This document shows, piece after piece, positions 37,901 through 52,180 of a DNA stretch of 64,000 nucleotides. This DNA comes from Lama guanicoe (Eukaryota): assembly GCA_013239625.1 (NCBI GenBank), contig MU054220.1, positions 4,957,328-5,021,327 of the forward strand, written 5' to 3'. Numbering within the stretch: the first letter of the stretch is position 1; each line of letters begins with the position of its first letter. The notes below the pieces were generated by a model that was not told the DNA's origin, searched no databases, and was given only the letters and a program-made list of their open reading frames with translations. Both the position numbers and the translations under genes were made by a program.

Positions 37901-39455
37901 AAAGTGTCCATAGAAGAGGAAAGGGGAAGGTTTCAATTTTAAACATCTTAAATCTCAGGTGACAATGGGAAACTGGGGTATAGTTTGTGGATACATTGAA
38001 ACAGAAGTGAAAGTAAATTTTGGAATTAGATGAGTCTGGTTAGATAGGAACCAAAGACTGTAAGGAGATGCAACAGATGGACCAAAATACATCAGTTTTT
38101 CTTGTGATTTCCCTAAAACAAAGAATTGATCATGTCACATTCAAAAAATATTTCAGGATTTTCTGGCAAGTACCTTTGTCAAAAAGTTGGGGGATATTTT
38201 AAATTAAGAAAAAAGAAAGCTATTCTTTATCACACCTTTTCACAATTTAATATTATTTGCTTACATTTTCCTGTGATTTTTGAAATTAAACCATTGTGTC
38301 TTGTAACGTCCTAGTTGAGATGCTGGCCAGCAGCTTCCTTCAGGAGGATTTGGAGCAAACGTGTCTGCTGACTTGTCACCTGCTGGAGGGAGGCCTGGAG
38401 GGCTGCTGGGAACTAGATCCTGTAAACACTTATTTGGCCTTCTCTGTGGTTTATGCTATAAACTCTATGGTTTTTGAATTAACAATTTCATGTTTTAATT
38501 TAATATTGGCAATCCAATATTTAGTATTTTCAATCCAATCAAAAATTGGTTGCTGACCTTTTCATCACTCTTCCCCACATGACTTCCTACTACAGTCTTA
38601 TTTAAATCACTATGGTTTCCTGAACAGGACATTTTCTCACCTCCATGTGGTGGGTCATAGTATTTGCTAAGTTAAAATGTTCTTAACGTCATAGTCTATC
38701 TTCAAGTTTGACTTATGTCATCAATTCAAATAAAGTCAAATCTCACATTTAACATATTAATTCAGTTTGAAATTATTATTTAAGATTTCTCCCATCTGGC
38801 TACAATACTATTAACTTGTAACAATACTATTAACTTACAGGATATCAAATGATGGCTACTTTGTTATGATTCCTTTAGTTCTCTCAGGTTATTAGTTTTT
38901 TATTTAGGCTAAATAGATACTTGGGACAGTAAACGTAACTAAAGGATATTTATGGCTCAATGGTAAGATATACTTTAGCCTATAGCCTATAGAGAGTATA
39001 GAAAATTCTCAATTTATTATAGACAGTTAGTAGAAAAGACCACAGGAAAACATTTCATGTGCCACACAGGACTGTCCATTCTTAGTGTAAGAGAAGGGTT
39101 TTATTTTGCATTCAAAGGAACCCAATAGCATTAAGGCCACCAGAATTTAAGTCAGTAAAGTTTCTGAGTCTAAATGTATCTGCTCCAATGCTTTGGGTCA
39201 GAATAACACTGCCTGCCTCCCTTTGTTTGCCTTATCTTCTGCAGTAACTTTGAAGTAAATAAAACACTGTATTGTAACAGCTACAGAAATGTCACTTGCT
39301 ATTATAAAAAGCATAAAGCTTTAAAAGGCCAAACATCTGGAATGCAATGGTATCTCTCCTTAATCAGTACCATTACAGACATAAAGACACATGGAAAACC
39401 TCTTGCACTAACTTTCTATCTAGCTGAGATGACTGGGTAAGAAAGGAAGACTTAC

Positions 39456-39512
39456 CTTGATTAAAACATTGATATTATTTGTTATTTTCAATGCAACAAC
39501 TTTAATCTTGTT
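39456..39512 (-). CDS. API5: API5 exon 11 NKIKVVALKITNNINVLIK
   Basis: ttctag|AAC ... AAG|GTAAGT; 57 nt. Confidence 0.97.
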
Positions 39513-40334
39513 CTAGAAAAGGACAACAAAATTATATTAAAATGCCAATAAGTTTCATGATGTATATTTCATTTCCATATAGAACTTGAATAATTCTACT
39601 TCTCTTTCAGAATCATTTCTACAGTTAGAGAATTCCTTGGTTTGTATCTACAAGTAATGCCGATTCCTGTGTCTCGACTCAAAGCGAGTACAGAGATGGC
39701 AAAGAAAGCACATAATCTTTATCTTCCATTAACAGGTTAGAACATTAAAGTGCTGTTTACTTGAGAATTTACTTGAGAAACGACAAGAGACAGGTCATAG
39801 ACACACAGCAGTTGTTTTAAAAGAAATTTAAGTTACAGGAAGACATAATGAAAACTTAAAAAATATTTCAGTAGGACGAGGATGATGATTGATCAAAATA
39901 GATGAGATCAGGAAACATCAAAAATCTCAACACAAACACAGATATAGTTTGGTATAAAATTGGCAGTTTAATCTTTTTTTTCCCTAATGTAAATTAATAG
40001 TTGGGTTTCAAAAAGGTGAAATTAGAAATATCACAACCATCAATCAAATATTTAAACAAAATATGCTGCTAATGAGACCCTAGTGAAAGACTGGTATATC
40101 AAAGTTTGGTAACATTGTTCACAAACAGTGGAAACATTCAAGATAAAAAAGTTTCTTAAATAACTTAGCATTGTAATTAAATATGCAGGCTTCTAACATA
40201 TCTTTAACTTAGACTTATATCATCAGTTCAAATTAAGTCGAATGTTAATTTCAATATATGAATTCAGTTTGAATTTGTAATAAATGGTGGCTATTATAAA
40301 AATTTCCTTACGAGATGTAACCTAATATTCTTAC

Positions 40335-40428
40335 CTCGTCTGTTTTTAAAGCCTCACCCGTTTTACCCTGGAGAGCCAAGCGAAGTTGTCTGATATAAAC
40401 CTGCAGGCCCCGTGCAAAGTACTGCAGC
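40335..40428 (-). CDS. API5: API5 exon 10 LQYFARGLQVYIRQLRLALQGKTGEALKTDE
   Basis: tttag|GCTG ... GAG|GTAAGA; 94 nt; heptad leucine repeat region. Confidence 0.97.
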
Positions 40429-41299
40429 CTAAATGAAGAAGTAATTATTAACAAACCATCACTTCAACTTTGTTTTTATACTTCAACTTTGTTTTTAAAT
40501 TCAAAGAATATTCTATTATAGCTAAATGATCTTTATCAATAAAAAGTGAATTTGGGGGGGTTCTTTTAATAATCAGTGTATGATCACAAGTGATACACAA
40601 ATAAGAAAAATAAAAGCAGTTTTTCTTTATCAAAAATTGGAATAAATTCAGTCAACCTGGCAAGGGAAACATTTCTAGTACTGTTGTAAGGAAGCTTGTT
40701 ATGTTAACCTGTTAGGCATGTGTCTAAATTAGAAACAACCAGGGGCCATGGACTAGAGTCAGGTGGCCTGGGTTCTACTCTTCTACTGGCCAAATGAAGG
40801 TCAAGTGACATAGACAAGTCACAATCTCTATGTGTTTATCTGCTAATGAGGGACAGTGAACCATTTGTACCTCAGGGTCCAGCTTAAAAATAAAACAAAA
40901 TTGTAGATTTAAAAATTTATTATAAACTCGTATCAACTGCAAAGGGTCCTGAGTAATCTCTTTTTCGTATTTGTTCCCAGGTAATATGTGAAGAAAGGTG
41001 GTACCATAACTCCATCCTGCTGATGTCTAGGAATTCTGCTTAACAACCTGGAATCATTGTTTTTTATTCATTTTTAGAGTAATTTCCTAAGATGCCTGCT
41101 TCTGGTCAAATGTTTCACCAAGTATTAAACCTCTGCCTGGCCAAAGCATAGAAGACAGTTAACAGATGATACAGTGGCCAAGCATCTTAAAACTTAGATG
41201 TGAATTTGTTAATGGAATGATTCAATGAAGTATCTTCATGAAAACTACTTATATCAATTTCTCTACTCCTCCAGCAGCACTATAAGATAGTAATAACAC

Positions 41300-41540
41300 T
41301 GTAAGACATGAATAGCAGCTACAGTTTACTGAGTACTCACTATGTGCCAGGCATTGTGCTTAAAGCTTTTCATCCATTGCCTCATTTAATTCTTACAACT
41401 CTATAAAGCAGGTACTATTATCAATAAATTTAATAGCTAAGGAAAATTCGGGGGATAATAGAGGTTAGGAAACCTGCTCAAGATCATAGAGCAAGTGGGA
41501 AGAGCCAGAGTCCATTTTTGACAAAGGTAATTTTCTACCA
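41300..41540 (-). mobile_element. MIR SINE
   Basis: tttactgagtactcactatgtgccaggcattgtgct...ctcatttaattcttacaac. Confidence 0.85.
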
Positions 41541-41714
41541 CAGATTTGCTATACCACGACAGCTGTATGTTTATATAAATCCCTGTTTTGTGGATTTTTT
41601 GCACTGGGGCAAGACAAGGCAGGGAGAAAGCTCTTGTAAAGTGAAAACAAAACCCAGAGCTTCAAGATAGCCTTCACCTTTGTCAAGGATTGGGCCACTT
41701 CAATCATACATCAC

Positions 41715-41896
41715 CTGATTTTGAAATCTTTGAGCTTTTCTGCATTCAATTTGGCTGTTAAAAAATCTGGAAGTTTTCGGCCCAACTGGTGAAAGCTGTA
41801 CAACAAACATTCCACGTAACTGAACTGTAGCTTAGGCTCTTCATTACCAGCATTCTCTCCATTTTCTGCTTCTTCTGGAGGGAGAGGCATGTATTC
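41715..41896 (-). CDS. API5: API5 exon 9 EYMPLPPEEAENG...KLKDFKI(R)
   Basis: cttag|GAA ... ATCAG|GTGATG; 182 nt. Confidence 0.97.
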
Positions 41897-42249
41897 CTAA
41901 GAGATGAAAATACAGAGATGTATGTAATCTGCTCTAGACACTCTAGTTATAAACATGCACTCAAGTAATTATAGGGATGCTTTTTAAAGACATGAAGCAT
42001 TAAAAACTACTAAGATCAGAAATTTAGGAAAGCTACCTCTTTTATATATAGGATCAATGACCCAGCCTGTTAACTCTCCGTATTAACTATAGTATAGCTG
42101 CTGCTACTACTACTGACAATGAAAGTGGCTAACATTTATTAGGCACTAGGCAGATGAAGGAACTGAGGTTCTGAGAGCCCAGGTAACTTTCCCAGGGCAA
42201 AAAAACTAGGAAGCTAAAAAATTACGACTCAATCTAGGTTTGATGGTCC

Positions 42250-43972
42250 TAGAAAAAATACTCCTAAAATTTATATGGAACCACAAAAGATCCCAAAAAG
42301 CCAAAGAAAATCTGGGAAAGAAGAACAAAGCAAGAGGCATCACACTTCCTGATTTCAAGCTATATTATAAAGTTACAGTATATCATCAAAACAGTATAGT
42401 ACTGGCATAAAAACAGACAGACAGATCAACGGCATAGAAGAATCAAGAGCCCAGAAATAAATCCAAGCACACATGGTCAACTAATACTTGACAAAGGAGC
42501 CAAGAACACTCAATGGAAAGAAGATAAGTCTCTTCAATAAATGGTACTGGGATAACTGGATATGTACATGCAAAAGAACAAAACTGGACCCATATCTCAC
42601 ACCACTCACAAAAATTAACTCAAAATGGATTAAAGATTTAAATGTAAAACCTCGAAACCATGAAACTCCTAGAAGAAAACACAGGAATAAAACTCCCTGA
42701 CATGGGTCATTGTAATGAATTTATGAATTTTTGGATATGACAGCTAAATCAAGCCACAAAATAAAAAACAAGAGGGTTACTGGGAAAAAAAATTTTTTTT
42801 ACCAAAAAAAAAAAAAGTGGACTACAAGCTAAAAAGATTACACAGACCAAAGTGAAAAGACAACCTGTGAAAAGGGGAAAAAACTTGCAAATCATGTATC
42901 TGATAAGGGATTAATATCCAAAATATATAGATATACATACAAGTCAAAAGCAAAATAAAAACAAGACAAAAAAACCCCTCAAACCCAAATAACCTAATCA
43001 AAATGGGCAAAACACCAGAACAGACATTTCTCCAAAGAAGATATATGAAAGGCCAATAGGTATATGAAAAGATGCTCAACATCACTAGTCATTAGGGAAA
43101 TGCAAGTTAAAACCACAATGAGATGTCAGTTCATACTTGTTAGAATGGCCATCATCAAAAAGATAAGAGATAACAAATGCTGTCTTGGATATGGAGAAAA
43201 GGAAACCTCTGTGTGCTGTTGGTGGGACTGGGACTGTAAATTGGTACAGCTGCTATGAAAAACAGTATGGAGGATCCTCAAAAAATTAAAAAGAACCACC
43301 ATATGATCCAGCAATTCCACTTCTAAGAATATATTCAAAAGAAATGAAAATACTAAGTTGAAAAGGTATCTGTACGCACCCTCATGTTCACAGCAGCATT
43401 ATTTATAATATCCAAGACATAGAAAAAACCTAAGTGTCCGCTGATGAAGAGATAAAGAAGTTGTGGTATACACAATGGAATACTATTCAGCCATAAAAGG
43501 AAGTATTACCCTTTGCAACAACATGGATAGATGTTGAAGGCATTATACCAAGTGAAATAAGTAAGAGAAAGACAAATACTGTATGATCTCACTTATGTGT
43601 GAAATCTTTAAATAAACACACACCTAGACTCATAGAAAAGGAGATCAGACTTGTGGTTACCAGAGGTGGAGGGTGTGGGAGTGGGAACTGGAGGAAAGTG
43701 GTCAAAGGTACAAACTTCCAGTTATAAGTACTAGGGATGTAATGTACAAAATTATATAGCTAACACTACTGTAGGATATATAGGAAAATTAAGAGAGTAA
43801 ATCCTAAGAGTTTTTATCACAAGGAGAAAAATTTTTTCATTTTATTGTTAGATGGATGTTAGCTAAACCTACTGTGGTATTTCACAATACATGTAAATCA
43901 AACCACATGCTGTAAACCTTAAACTTATACGCTGACATATGTCAATTATTTCTCAATAAAACTGGAAAAAAA
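42250..43972 (+). mobile_element. LINE-1 3' 1.7 kb (ORF2 C-terminus + 3' UTR), apparently inserted in a MIR
   Basis: Peptides [49 protein letters not shown]; ends tctcaataaaactggaaaaaaa. Confidence 0.95.
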
Positions 43973-44643
43973 AGGTGGGGGAGTTGATGCTCATAACTAC
44001 TACATTATGCTAACTCCAAAAGTCTTTCCTGAACATTGGTCCGTGCTGTTTAAGTACTGACTTGCTTTGCATTCAAAGTGCTACCAAAAGCATTGGATCA
44101 GTGTTGTAACGCCTCAGAAGGTGCTCTAAGTCTGGAAGAGCACTAGAGCTGGATGACTCAATTCAAGGTATGGGCTGAATGCTTATCACTGTGTCAGTTA
44201 TATAGAACTGTTCACATCCAACAAGAAAATCACTTGGTAAAGCTGACAACGAGTTCATCAGATGGCCTATTTTCTCCACAATCATGACTTATTATGACTT
44301 TATTTCCAGGTTGCTATAAGCTTTTTGTCCTTGGGCAGCAAACTCGGTGGTGATCTGGAGCAAACATTAAAAATCTTTTGATAAAGAAACAGCAGAAAGA
44401 CTTACTATATACACCTTGTATTATATTTTATCTAAAGCATCAATAGAAGAAATGCCAACAGATTAAAACAGACTTCTTTTTAAAAGCAGACAATATGTGG
44501 CCTGAGCAGCTAATACCACTTGCTAGAATTATTATCTAATCACTTCAAAAGCTGGTTCTCCATAATCTAGAAATGAATACTATAGTATTAAGACTCTGTA
44601 AATCTACACTGACTATGCCATAACGAAAGAAAAAAGTTCTTAC

Positions 44644-44733
44644 CAATAACTTATCAAACAGTTTCCTTAAATTTGTCTCTAGCTTTTCCATGTCACCGCA
44701 AAATGAACTCATTTCGGCCAACAGTTTCAATAC
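44644..44733 (-). CDS. API5: API5 exon 8 VLKLLAEMSSFCGDMEKLETNLRKLFDKLL
   Basis: ttttag|GTA ... TTG|GTAAGA; 90 nt. Confidence 0.97.
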
Positions 44734-45848
44734 CTAAAACACACAATTCACTGTTATTAACATTCTTTTTTTCTTTTGGAATGAGCAAGGGCTGTGAAGT
44801 AAGAATGATTCTAGATAACTATTTAAGACTGCTTATTTTTCAGTTATACTTTTACAGAATCATAATGTTTGAACTAGAGATGCAGCCCTATATTATACTG
44901 TTGAGGAGACAAAGTCAGAGAGACGATGTGACTCAGCAAAGGCACAATGTATTTGAGTGGCAGGGCAGACCCTAAAACCCAGATCTCATGACTCTCGATG
45001 CATCTGTGAGAATAAGTAAGGAAAAGAATACACATGACACTTTCTGCTGCAGGTTAATAATGTACAATGAAGGGACAACGAGCAAGAACTCTTAACAGCT
45101 AAGAATTACTTACTAGCATTTAAGATGGGCCTCCTCTGCTATTGAACTTAGTCTCTGGATCCTAACTCAAGTACTGGTAACTGTCACTATTCTTGACGGT
45201 CATCTCTGCAACACTCAACCCCAGGCTGATAAGCCAACCCAGGACATGTGAAGCAAACTATAGTGTCAGTGCACAGTGAGACTATCCCAAAGACCTATGA
45301 GGGAAATGGCACATACATTTCCATATTTCAGTTCAATTCAACAATCATTATTAAAGTGCTTTTCAGAATAAGGCTCTGTCTTATATTCTGGGGATTCAGA
45401 AAGGAATAAGGTTAAATGTAGGGGGATAAATGTAAAATATTACATATGCTGTAAAAAAAAATGTATACATACATTACAGTTGAGATACAAAGGAGAGAGA
45501 GAGTAGTCAACTGTATTGGAGAAAGGATAAAGGCTATTTTGTGTTAATCAGTTTAAGTCTGGCTCTATCAGTTACAGAGACAGGAATGGTCATGACTGAA
45601 TACTGTATTTTAAAGTATTAAGGCTACAAAGGCCGCGCCTGACCACAATGAAAACTAAGCAGCGCTTTAACTGTAGCAAACTCTCACTGCATCCATAAAG
45701 CGTTCCTATAACTAATCCTTGGACAGGTTACTAGCTAGCCACCACTAGGCCTTTAACCTCTTAGAAATCAGATCGAAGTTAGTGGTTTACATTTATGTCA
45801 AAATATGAGACTGCTTTTTCAGTGCTAAAAGCAGAAATTTTCTCTTAC

Positions 45849-45953
45849 CTCCAACTGTATATCAAGACCCTCCACTGGGGTAGTCAAGGAACCAAGGTTA
45901 GGGAGAACTTGCTCACAGAAGTAAGTCACAAACCTTGTGGAATGCACGTTTTT
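45849..45953 (-). CDS. API5: API5 exon 7 KNVHSTRFVTYFCEQVLPNLGSLTTPVEGLDIQLE
   Basis: ttgcag|AAA ... GAG|GTAAGA; 105 nt; the first residue is K251, the known acetylation site. Confidence 0.97.
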
Positions 45954-46649
45954 CTGCAAAAATCCAAAGAGTATTGAGTTGTCAAAAAATATGTATGTAT
46001 ATATTCTCTCAAATATAACAGTAGAATGTCATCCACAAATGCTGAGTAGCAAAGCACCAAGTACTATGGCTACAATACAGTACAGTGCGCACCCCAGAAA
46101 TAACCTCAAAAGACAATATACACTTCGCTGCAAAGTAACCTGGAGCATTGGGACTTTTATACATCTTTGAACTCTTCCTTTATTCTCACGTCAAATTTTG
46201 GGGGAAACTTCAGCATTGAATTTTAGACTGTACAGTTTCCCAAAAGGATAATTCCTTTACATTGTGTTTTTCAAACTTTGCTATGCACACCCCAGAATAT
46301 TCATGGCCAGAGGAAGCACAAAGCCAGAGATAAAGGGCATATTCATCTACAACAGCAATCAATTTAAGAAAAAAAGTTAAATTTCTAAACCAAGTATTTT
46401 AAAAACTTGGCCAAATTATAAAGTATGATGCAAAATTCTCAAGACTTTTAAAAAATCTCTAAGCAAGACTATATAGGGAAATTTCTTGCTGCTTTGGGTT
46501 CTTCACCTAGGCCTCCAGAAAGTAAGTAATTGCTCCACTGTGTTAATATTTTTATGCAAAGATCTGAGGAGAATGCTCAAGTGTATATCCATAGAAATAT
46601 AAACTAACAGAGCAATCAAAACAGCAGCTATATAAAACAAAGAGCTCAC

Positions 46650-46856
46650 AGAGAAGAGGGGAACTGCCTGCCGAGTGCACTGTAAGAGCCTGTCCACACA
46701 GTCAGGATCCGAGGGATTGAAGGTTTGTTCCAGGTCAGCCTGCTCAGCCACCAACTCTACAAGTTGCTGTCTTCCACTCACTGTCTGTAAGCTTTTTAAC
46801 CCAGAAAGTATCTTCATGAACAGGACAAATTCTTCTCCAGTCACATCTTCTAGAAC
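46650..46856 (-). CDS. API5: API5 exon 6 VLEDVTGEEF...QAVPLFS
   Basis: ttccag|GTT ... TCT|GTGAGC; 207 nt. Confidence 0.98.
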
Positions 46857-47862
46857 CTGGAAAGAGATAATTCAGAACAGTTCTTAGTATCTTTATCACT
46901 TGAAGGGTAAAGAAAGATCAGTGTTGAAACAGCATAGCAAATTTATTTCATAAAAGTCAGTTTGCTGCTAATGTTTCTGAAATACTAAAGAGAGGACAAC
47001 TTCTAGCGTCAGTCAATTTAGCTTCAGAATAAGCCATGCATTCTCAGTGGTGTGCTATATTGTTTCCAAGAGAACAAAATTTGGGTCTTGGAAAATTTTA
47101 TTCTTTTTTAATGTATAATGCACAGATATACATACAGTATGTAAACAGACACACAGTGTATCTGCAGTATTAAAATTTCATGGGAGAGTGGCCAAGGAAA
47201 AAAATGTCTAAAATGGCTCTTCAGGGGTTGATAGCAAAAAAAAAAAAAAAAAAAAAAGAGAAAAATTCTGCAGTAAACTGTCAACTCGGATTCAGTTCCC
47301 TACATTTAAAAGCAGCCTCGTTCACATCAATATGGTAATCGTACACAAAATAGGAGACTATGCAAATTTTAAGTGCTCCATATTGGTGGGTCTAAGCCTT
47401 TCTGTTCACTGACCAAGGAACAAGCAATCATGACATACCCTACCAGATTACCAGCTGGGGCATATGGGGCAAAAATTAGGTAATTTTAATGTGATTTCAT
47501 TTTTCATTTTGAAATGACCCAGAATAATATGGGAACATCTTAAAATTAGAGAGAAAGGTGGGAATTAGGTAAAATTTCCTAAAGGAAATGATTTGTTCAG
47601 AGACCTGATGAATGTATAAATTTTGAGTATAACACCGCAAAGGATTTATATATGATCAAACCCTTTAAATTAACACATTGATTCATCATGACAAGTGACC
47701 AAAGTGTAAAATACAATATAAGAAAAGTGTGGAGTTCTATGGTGGTTCTAATGGGATGTGTAATTTTATACACAAGCTACATACAGCATTGACAAATACT
47801 GATAATTTCAAATATGTTCTTGTGCATTAGAGAAGTTCTACTAAATGACAACTGAGGCTTAC

Positions 47863-48014
47863 CTTTTTGGATTCAGTTAGTATAAGTTCCTCTACTTCCT
47901 TTGTTAAGACTTCATCTGGTAAAGTCTTAAGTTTTGTGGAAAGAAATTTGATTGCCCTTTCTCTAACAATGTCCTCTCCTTGAAGTATTTGGCTGAACAA
48001 GCCACCTAAAGTCC
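47863..48014 (-). CDS. API5: API5 exon 5 (G)TLGGLFSQILQGEDIVRE...LTESKK
   Basis: ttgcag|GGACT ... AAG|GTAAGC; 152 nt. Confidence 0.98.
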
Positions 48015-48531
48015 CTGCAAAACAAAACAGTTGCATGTAAGCACGTCAATTCTATATAGTAATGAAATTTTTCCAGTTAATTTGAATTGTAGTATTTCTT
48101 TTCAAGTGATTTAACAAACATCCTGAATTCACTGATACTGGTTAAACTAGTTTGAAATTTCTATAGACCCAACCCAGAATGATCATATGCTCTGTTCATG
48201 GATTCAAAACCAGCCTGAGCATAACTTTCCTTTTTTTATCATTACTACTAATAAATAAACCCAGGTATTTCAGAAGAATTTCTTTAATGTGGCAAAGGGA
48301 GTTTTTCCAACAGATTTCTAAGGGATTTGATCTATTTTTGCAACTTTTTCTGCTGGTTTTTTGAGTCACGAACATTTTGAGCTAAGCAGCTTTTTTTTTT
48401 TTTAAAGAATACTTAGAATTTTTAGGAAATAGTTCTCTGAGTGAATCCCAGACTTTATCCTTGTTGAGTATTGTCAAACTCTCCAATTTTTTAGGACATC
48501 AAACACAGTTCAGAACAAGAAGTTCCCTTAC

Positions 48532-48597
48532 CTTTTGCATCCATCTTAAATATACTTAATAGGGCGTTGTTCACTAAATTAAATTCTGCAGAGTCAT
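48532..48597 (-). CDS. API5: API5 exon 4 (D)DSAEFNLVNNALLSIFKMDAK
   Basis: cag|ATGAC ... AAG|GTAAGG; 66 nt. Confidence 0.97.
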
Positions 48598-49124
48598 CTG
48601 GATAGAGAAAGAGTGGTACAATACATAAAATAAATGAAAAATATCTGCTTCATTTTCAAACTTAAAACTCAACACAGTTTCTCACAGATTACACTGAGAG
48701 GGGACACATAACTAAGCATTTCTCTCAAGTACCAAGAAAATACACCTTCCTTGTAAGGGTAGAGAATCTGATCTGGAATACCTGGAAAGTTCTTATGTTA
48801 AGGTAGTACAATTAAGAAACGACAGGAAATGGCTGGGGGTGTGGAAATGGGGGTGTGTGGAAGTGCAGGTAGGAATTAGGCAAATCATGATGCATGAAAA
48901 TTCCCCACAGAATCCAGTCATTATACCTTTATAAACAGAATTCAAAACAAGACCAAGAATTAGATAATTGTAAGTCATTAAGCTTCAAACTATTGAATGA
49001 AAAAAATAAATTTCTATCAGAGGTAGCACCTTCAGGTTAAAAAAAAAGCAAGCAAGCTAAAAAAGAGTCACTATTTCAGAGAGAAGTTATATTTAGGTAA
49101 AAGGGTAATAATAAAACTTCTTAC

Positions 49125-49218
49125 CTGTCTGCAAGAGTTGGGTTAGTATATCTGCCACTCGGGGAAGATTTTCTCCAGTGGCAAATTGAGGCAGCTCTTT
49201 AATTGCTTGCCGTCGGAT
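49125..49218 (-). CDS. API5: API5 exon 3 IRRQAIKELPQFATGENLPRVADILTQLLQT
   Basis: cag|ATC ... ACAG|GTAAGA; 94 nt; contains LTQLL (LxxLL). Confidence 0.97.
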
Positions 49219-50161
49219 CTGAATATAATTTCAAACAAAAAATTAACTAAATACTATCATAAATAAAAACAACCACCTCAACCTTTAAATACTATTATTA
49301 TCTGCCTGGAGTAGACAGATTGAGATTATAAACAACAGTTTATATACTGATTACATACAACTACTGTGTTTTTACTACCTTTGGGGCACATAATACAGTA
49401 TCCCTCAAGAATGGCAAAGCCATACCTAGTAACTGTGTACTTTAGAATTTTCAGTATTGGCTACTTAATACATTTGTGAATACATTCTGTGCACTTAATT
49501 CCAAATACATGGTCTTGGCTTATCTAGTTTAACATAAAAATTCAAAGGAGTTAAATCTAGCAAATGACTCATGAAATGTTAGCGATTCACTAATTTTATT
49601 TGAAAAGCCAGGAGCTAACAGCTGGAAATTTTTAGGAACCTGTATCAGCAGCCAGAAATGCTAATGGTTAATTCTGTTTCAAGGAAAAATTTTCTTTTTA
49701 TTGTAGTAATCACATACAATTATTACACAGGTCAGTTATCTTTCTGCTATGCAAAATATTTAGGGTTGAAACTATACTTTATGCCACAAAACTATTTTAA
49801 ATATCCAAGCAAGCATAAATTCACTACAAATTAACACTAGTCTAATTTCATATGCACAATGTGTAACAATCGATGAAAAAGATGTGAGCTACAACTGTTT
49901 TTAACACTGGACACCAAATAAGCAAAACAAAGTATTACGTAATTCTATGGATTTTTCACAGTTGAAAGGTGGCAAAAGAGCTAATACATTTTCTCACGTA
50001 GATGTAAGCCTCAGTATAGTGTCACACCAGGCCAGACCGCGTATTTTATTGAGCACTGATATAACTGGTACTTCAGTTATATTAGCTACACACAGAAAAT
50101 GACTGAAAATGTCAAGAGCAACATGTGAAAACTTGTTGAAAAGTATCAACCATACACTTAC

Positions 50162-50323
50162 TGATACATCTTCATCCTCACAGAGGTCTAACTGTGCATT
50201 GATAGCAGAATCAGCCAATTCTGGAAAATGCTTAAAGAATTTCGGAATAAACTGAGCTGCTAATCTTTTTTCCTTGGTACCACCTTTGACACCATCCAAT
50301 ATCACTTGATAGGCATCTTTATG
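50162..50323 (-). CDS. API5: API5 exon 2 HKDAYQVILDG...LCEDEDVS
   Basis: Acceptor ttcag|CAT, donor TCA|GTAAGT; 162 nt. Confidence 0.98.
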
Positions 50324-51989
50324 CTGAAACAAAGAATAAAGCAGAAAAGAAACACAATTTTGAAGGATGGGAAGCTAAACAAACTTCTTTTGAGACTGCT
50401 TTAAATTAGCAAAAATTTATTTACTCTAAGAAATAGGGCTTATTTTTACTGCTTAAATTTGTCACCTACCGTCCTACCACGTGCTCCCCACCCCTTTATT
50501 ATATGTGAGTTGGGAGAGAGAAGAATGACTCTAATTTTAAGTGGAAAACGCAAATAAATTTGTTATGGACCAACACTTCTTCATTCTAGTGACTACTGAC
50601 CCTAGAACTGTGATTGTATGTACCCACGTTTAAAAACATTGTGATGAATATCATGGAATTCTCAAAGAATTTTGTTAACATTTACTTAAATATATTATCT
50701 GTTTCCAATTAGCACCTTGCAGAAGGCAGAGAGAACACATTCCTGAAATTAAGCAATACCAGGAAGGTAGCTTTATTTTGCCTCATTTTTATTTTAGGAT
50801 ATGACAATGGTAATTCATTCTATGTAGCTAGCCAATTTGGATTAAGACAGATTCTAATGTCACACAGTTAACTTTTCATTGGAATAATACATTCAAAGCT
50901 CATTTGTTTCCTTTTGAAAAGAATTTCAGAAGTGCTGTCCCTCAGATACTTATAACATAAAGAGTCATCAAGTTCCCAATCCCCCTTAAACACTTGCCTC
51001 CAAACCAGTCCTTTCATTAAATGACAATGATCAAGCTGGCAAACAAAGTAATAAACAGCGAGACTATAGATAAATCTTCTGTTTGGACATAGGGATTAAA
51101 CTTTAAACTACCAGAAAACCTTAAACTTAATATGATACCAAATATGTATACAGCGTAGTATTTACTTTGTATAAGGCAATGGTCTAAATGCTTCATATGT
51201 GAGCTTACTTTATGCCATTAAGAAGGGATGGCTAATCTAAATCCAATGGATTACAGAATCACCAAAATTTAGCATCGTTCAGGAAAGGAGTCATTGCAAA
51301 GCTATGTTAAGTGAAAAAAATAAAGCAGGATGGGAAGTTATTTAGGTGCGGTGGGATCTCAACTAAGGACATTTCTTTTTAAAAATAATCAGAAAAAAGT
51401 AAGCCATGTATGAAAAGGCTATGGTCATAATTAGATCTTTAAAAGGTACAGATTTTAATATACTCTGCATAATTACTGTATTACTTTAAAAGTTCATAAA
51501 CTGCCAACCCGTCTAAAAAACATATATTCTAAAAATTAGTTCTAATAAACAAGTTCCATCAAACTGATTAACGACAACTTCTTCTATTATCTTAAACACT
51601 AACACCAATCCCTAAATAACAAACTTCTGTGAATAAGGTTAGCTTTTTCATGAAATGCAGACACAAAGTCAGTCTTTAGTATATTCACTCCTGAATACTG
51701 TACTTTAAAAGTATATTTTCAAAAGTACACTTTTTAGTGCAAAAGCTCAAAAAATCACGGCTGACTTCTCTACCCCTTTACATTTCTGTGGCTTGCTTCA
51801 TGAAGTCTAACATTCTTACTTTTTGCAAAGTATCACAATCCAATTTCCTTTAATTCAACTTCAAGCTTCACTTGTAAAGCCCTTTCAATTGTCTAAAATT
51901 CACTGTCTAAAATTAAATGAAGAACCCCTGCTTGAAACAACCCACCCCACCCCCAAGAAAAAAAAATCTGGAATAGAATAAAAAGGAAT

Positions 51990-52180
51990 CATTAGCAACA
52001 TTTATTGAAAGCCTACAAGGGACTGAGGAATGCCTCGTGTACATGCCTCACAATAATCCTGAGTTAGGTGCTACTACTATCCCTATTTTTCAGATGAGAA
52101 AACCAAGGCTTAGAGAAGTGAAATAATTTGTCCAGAACCACACTGCTAGTTAAGTAGCAGATTCAGGACCTGAACATTGT
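51990..52180 (-). mobile_element. MIR SINE
   Basis: ctatttttcagatgagaaaaccaaggcttagagaagtg core. Confidence 0.85.

Noticed and set aside
51699..51729. Short AT-rich inverted repeat tgtactttaaaa...aaaagtaca
   Set aside because: Short, imperfect and low-complexity; expected by chance
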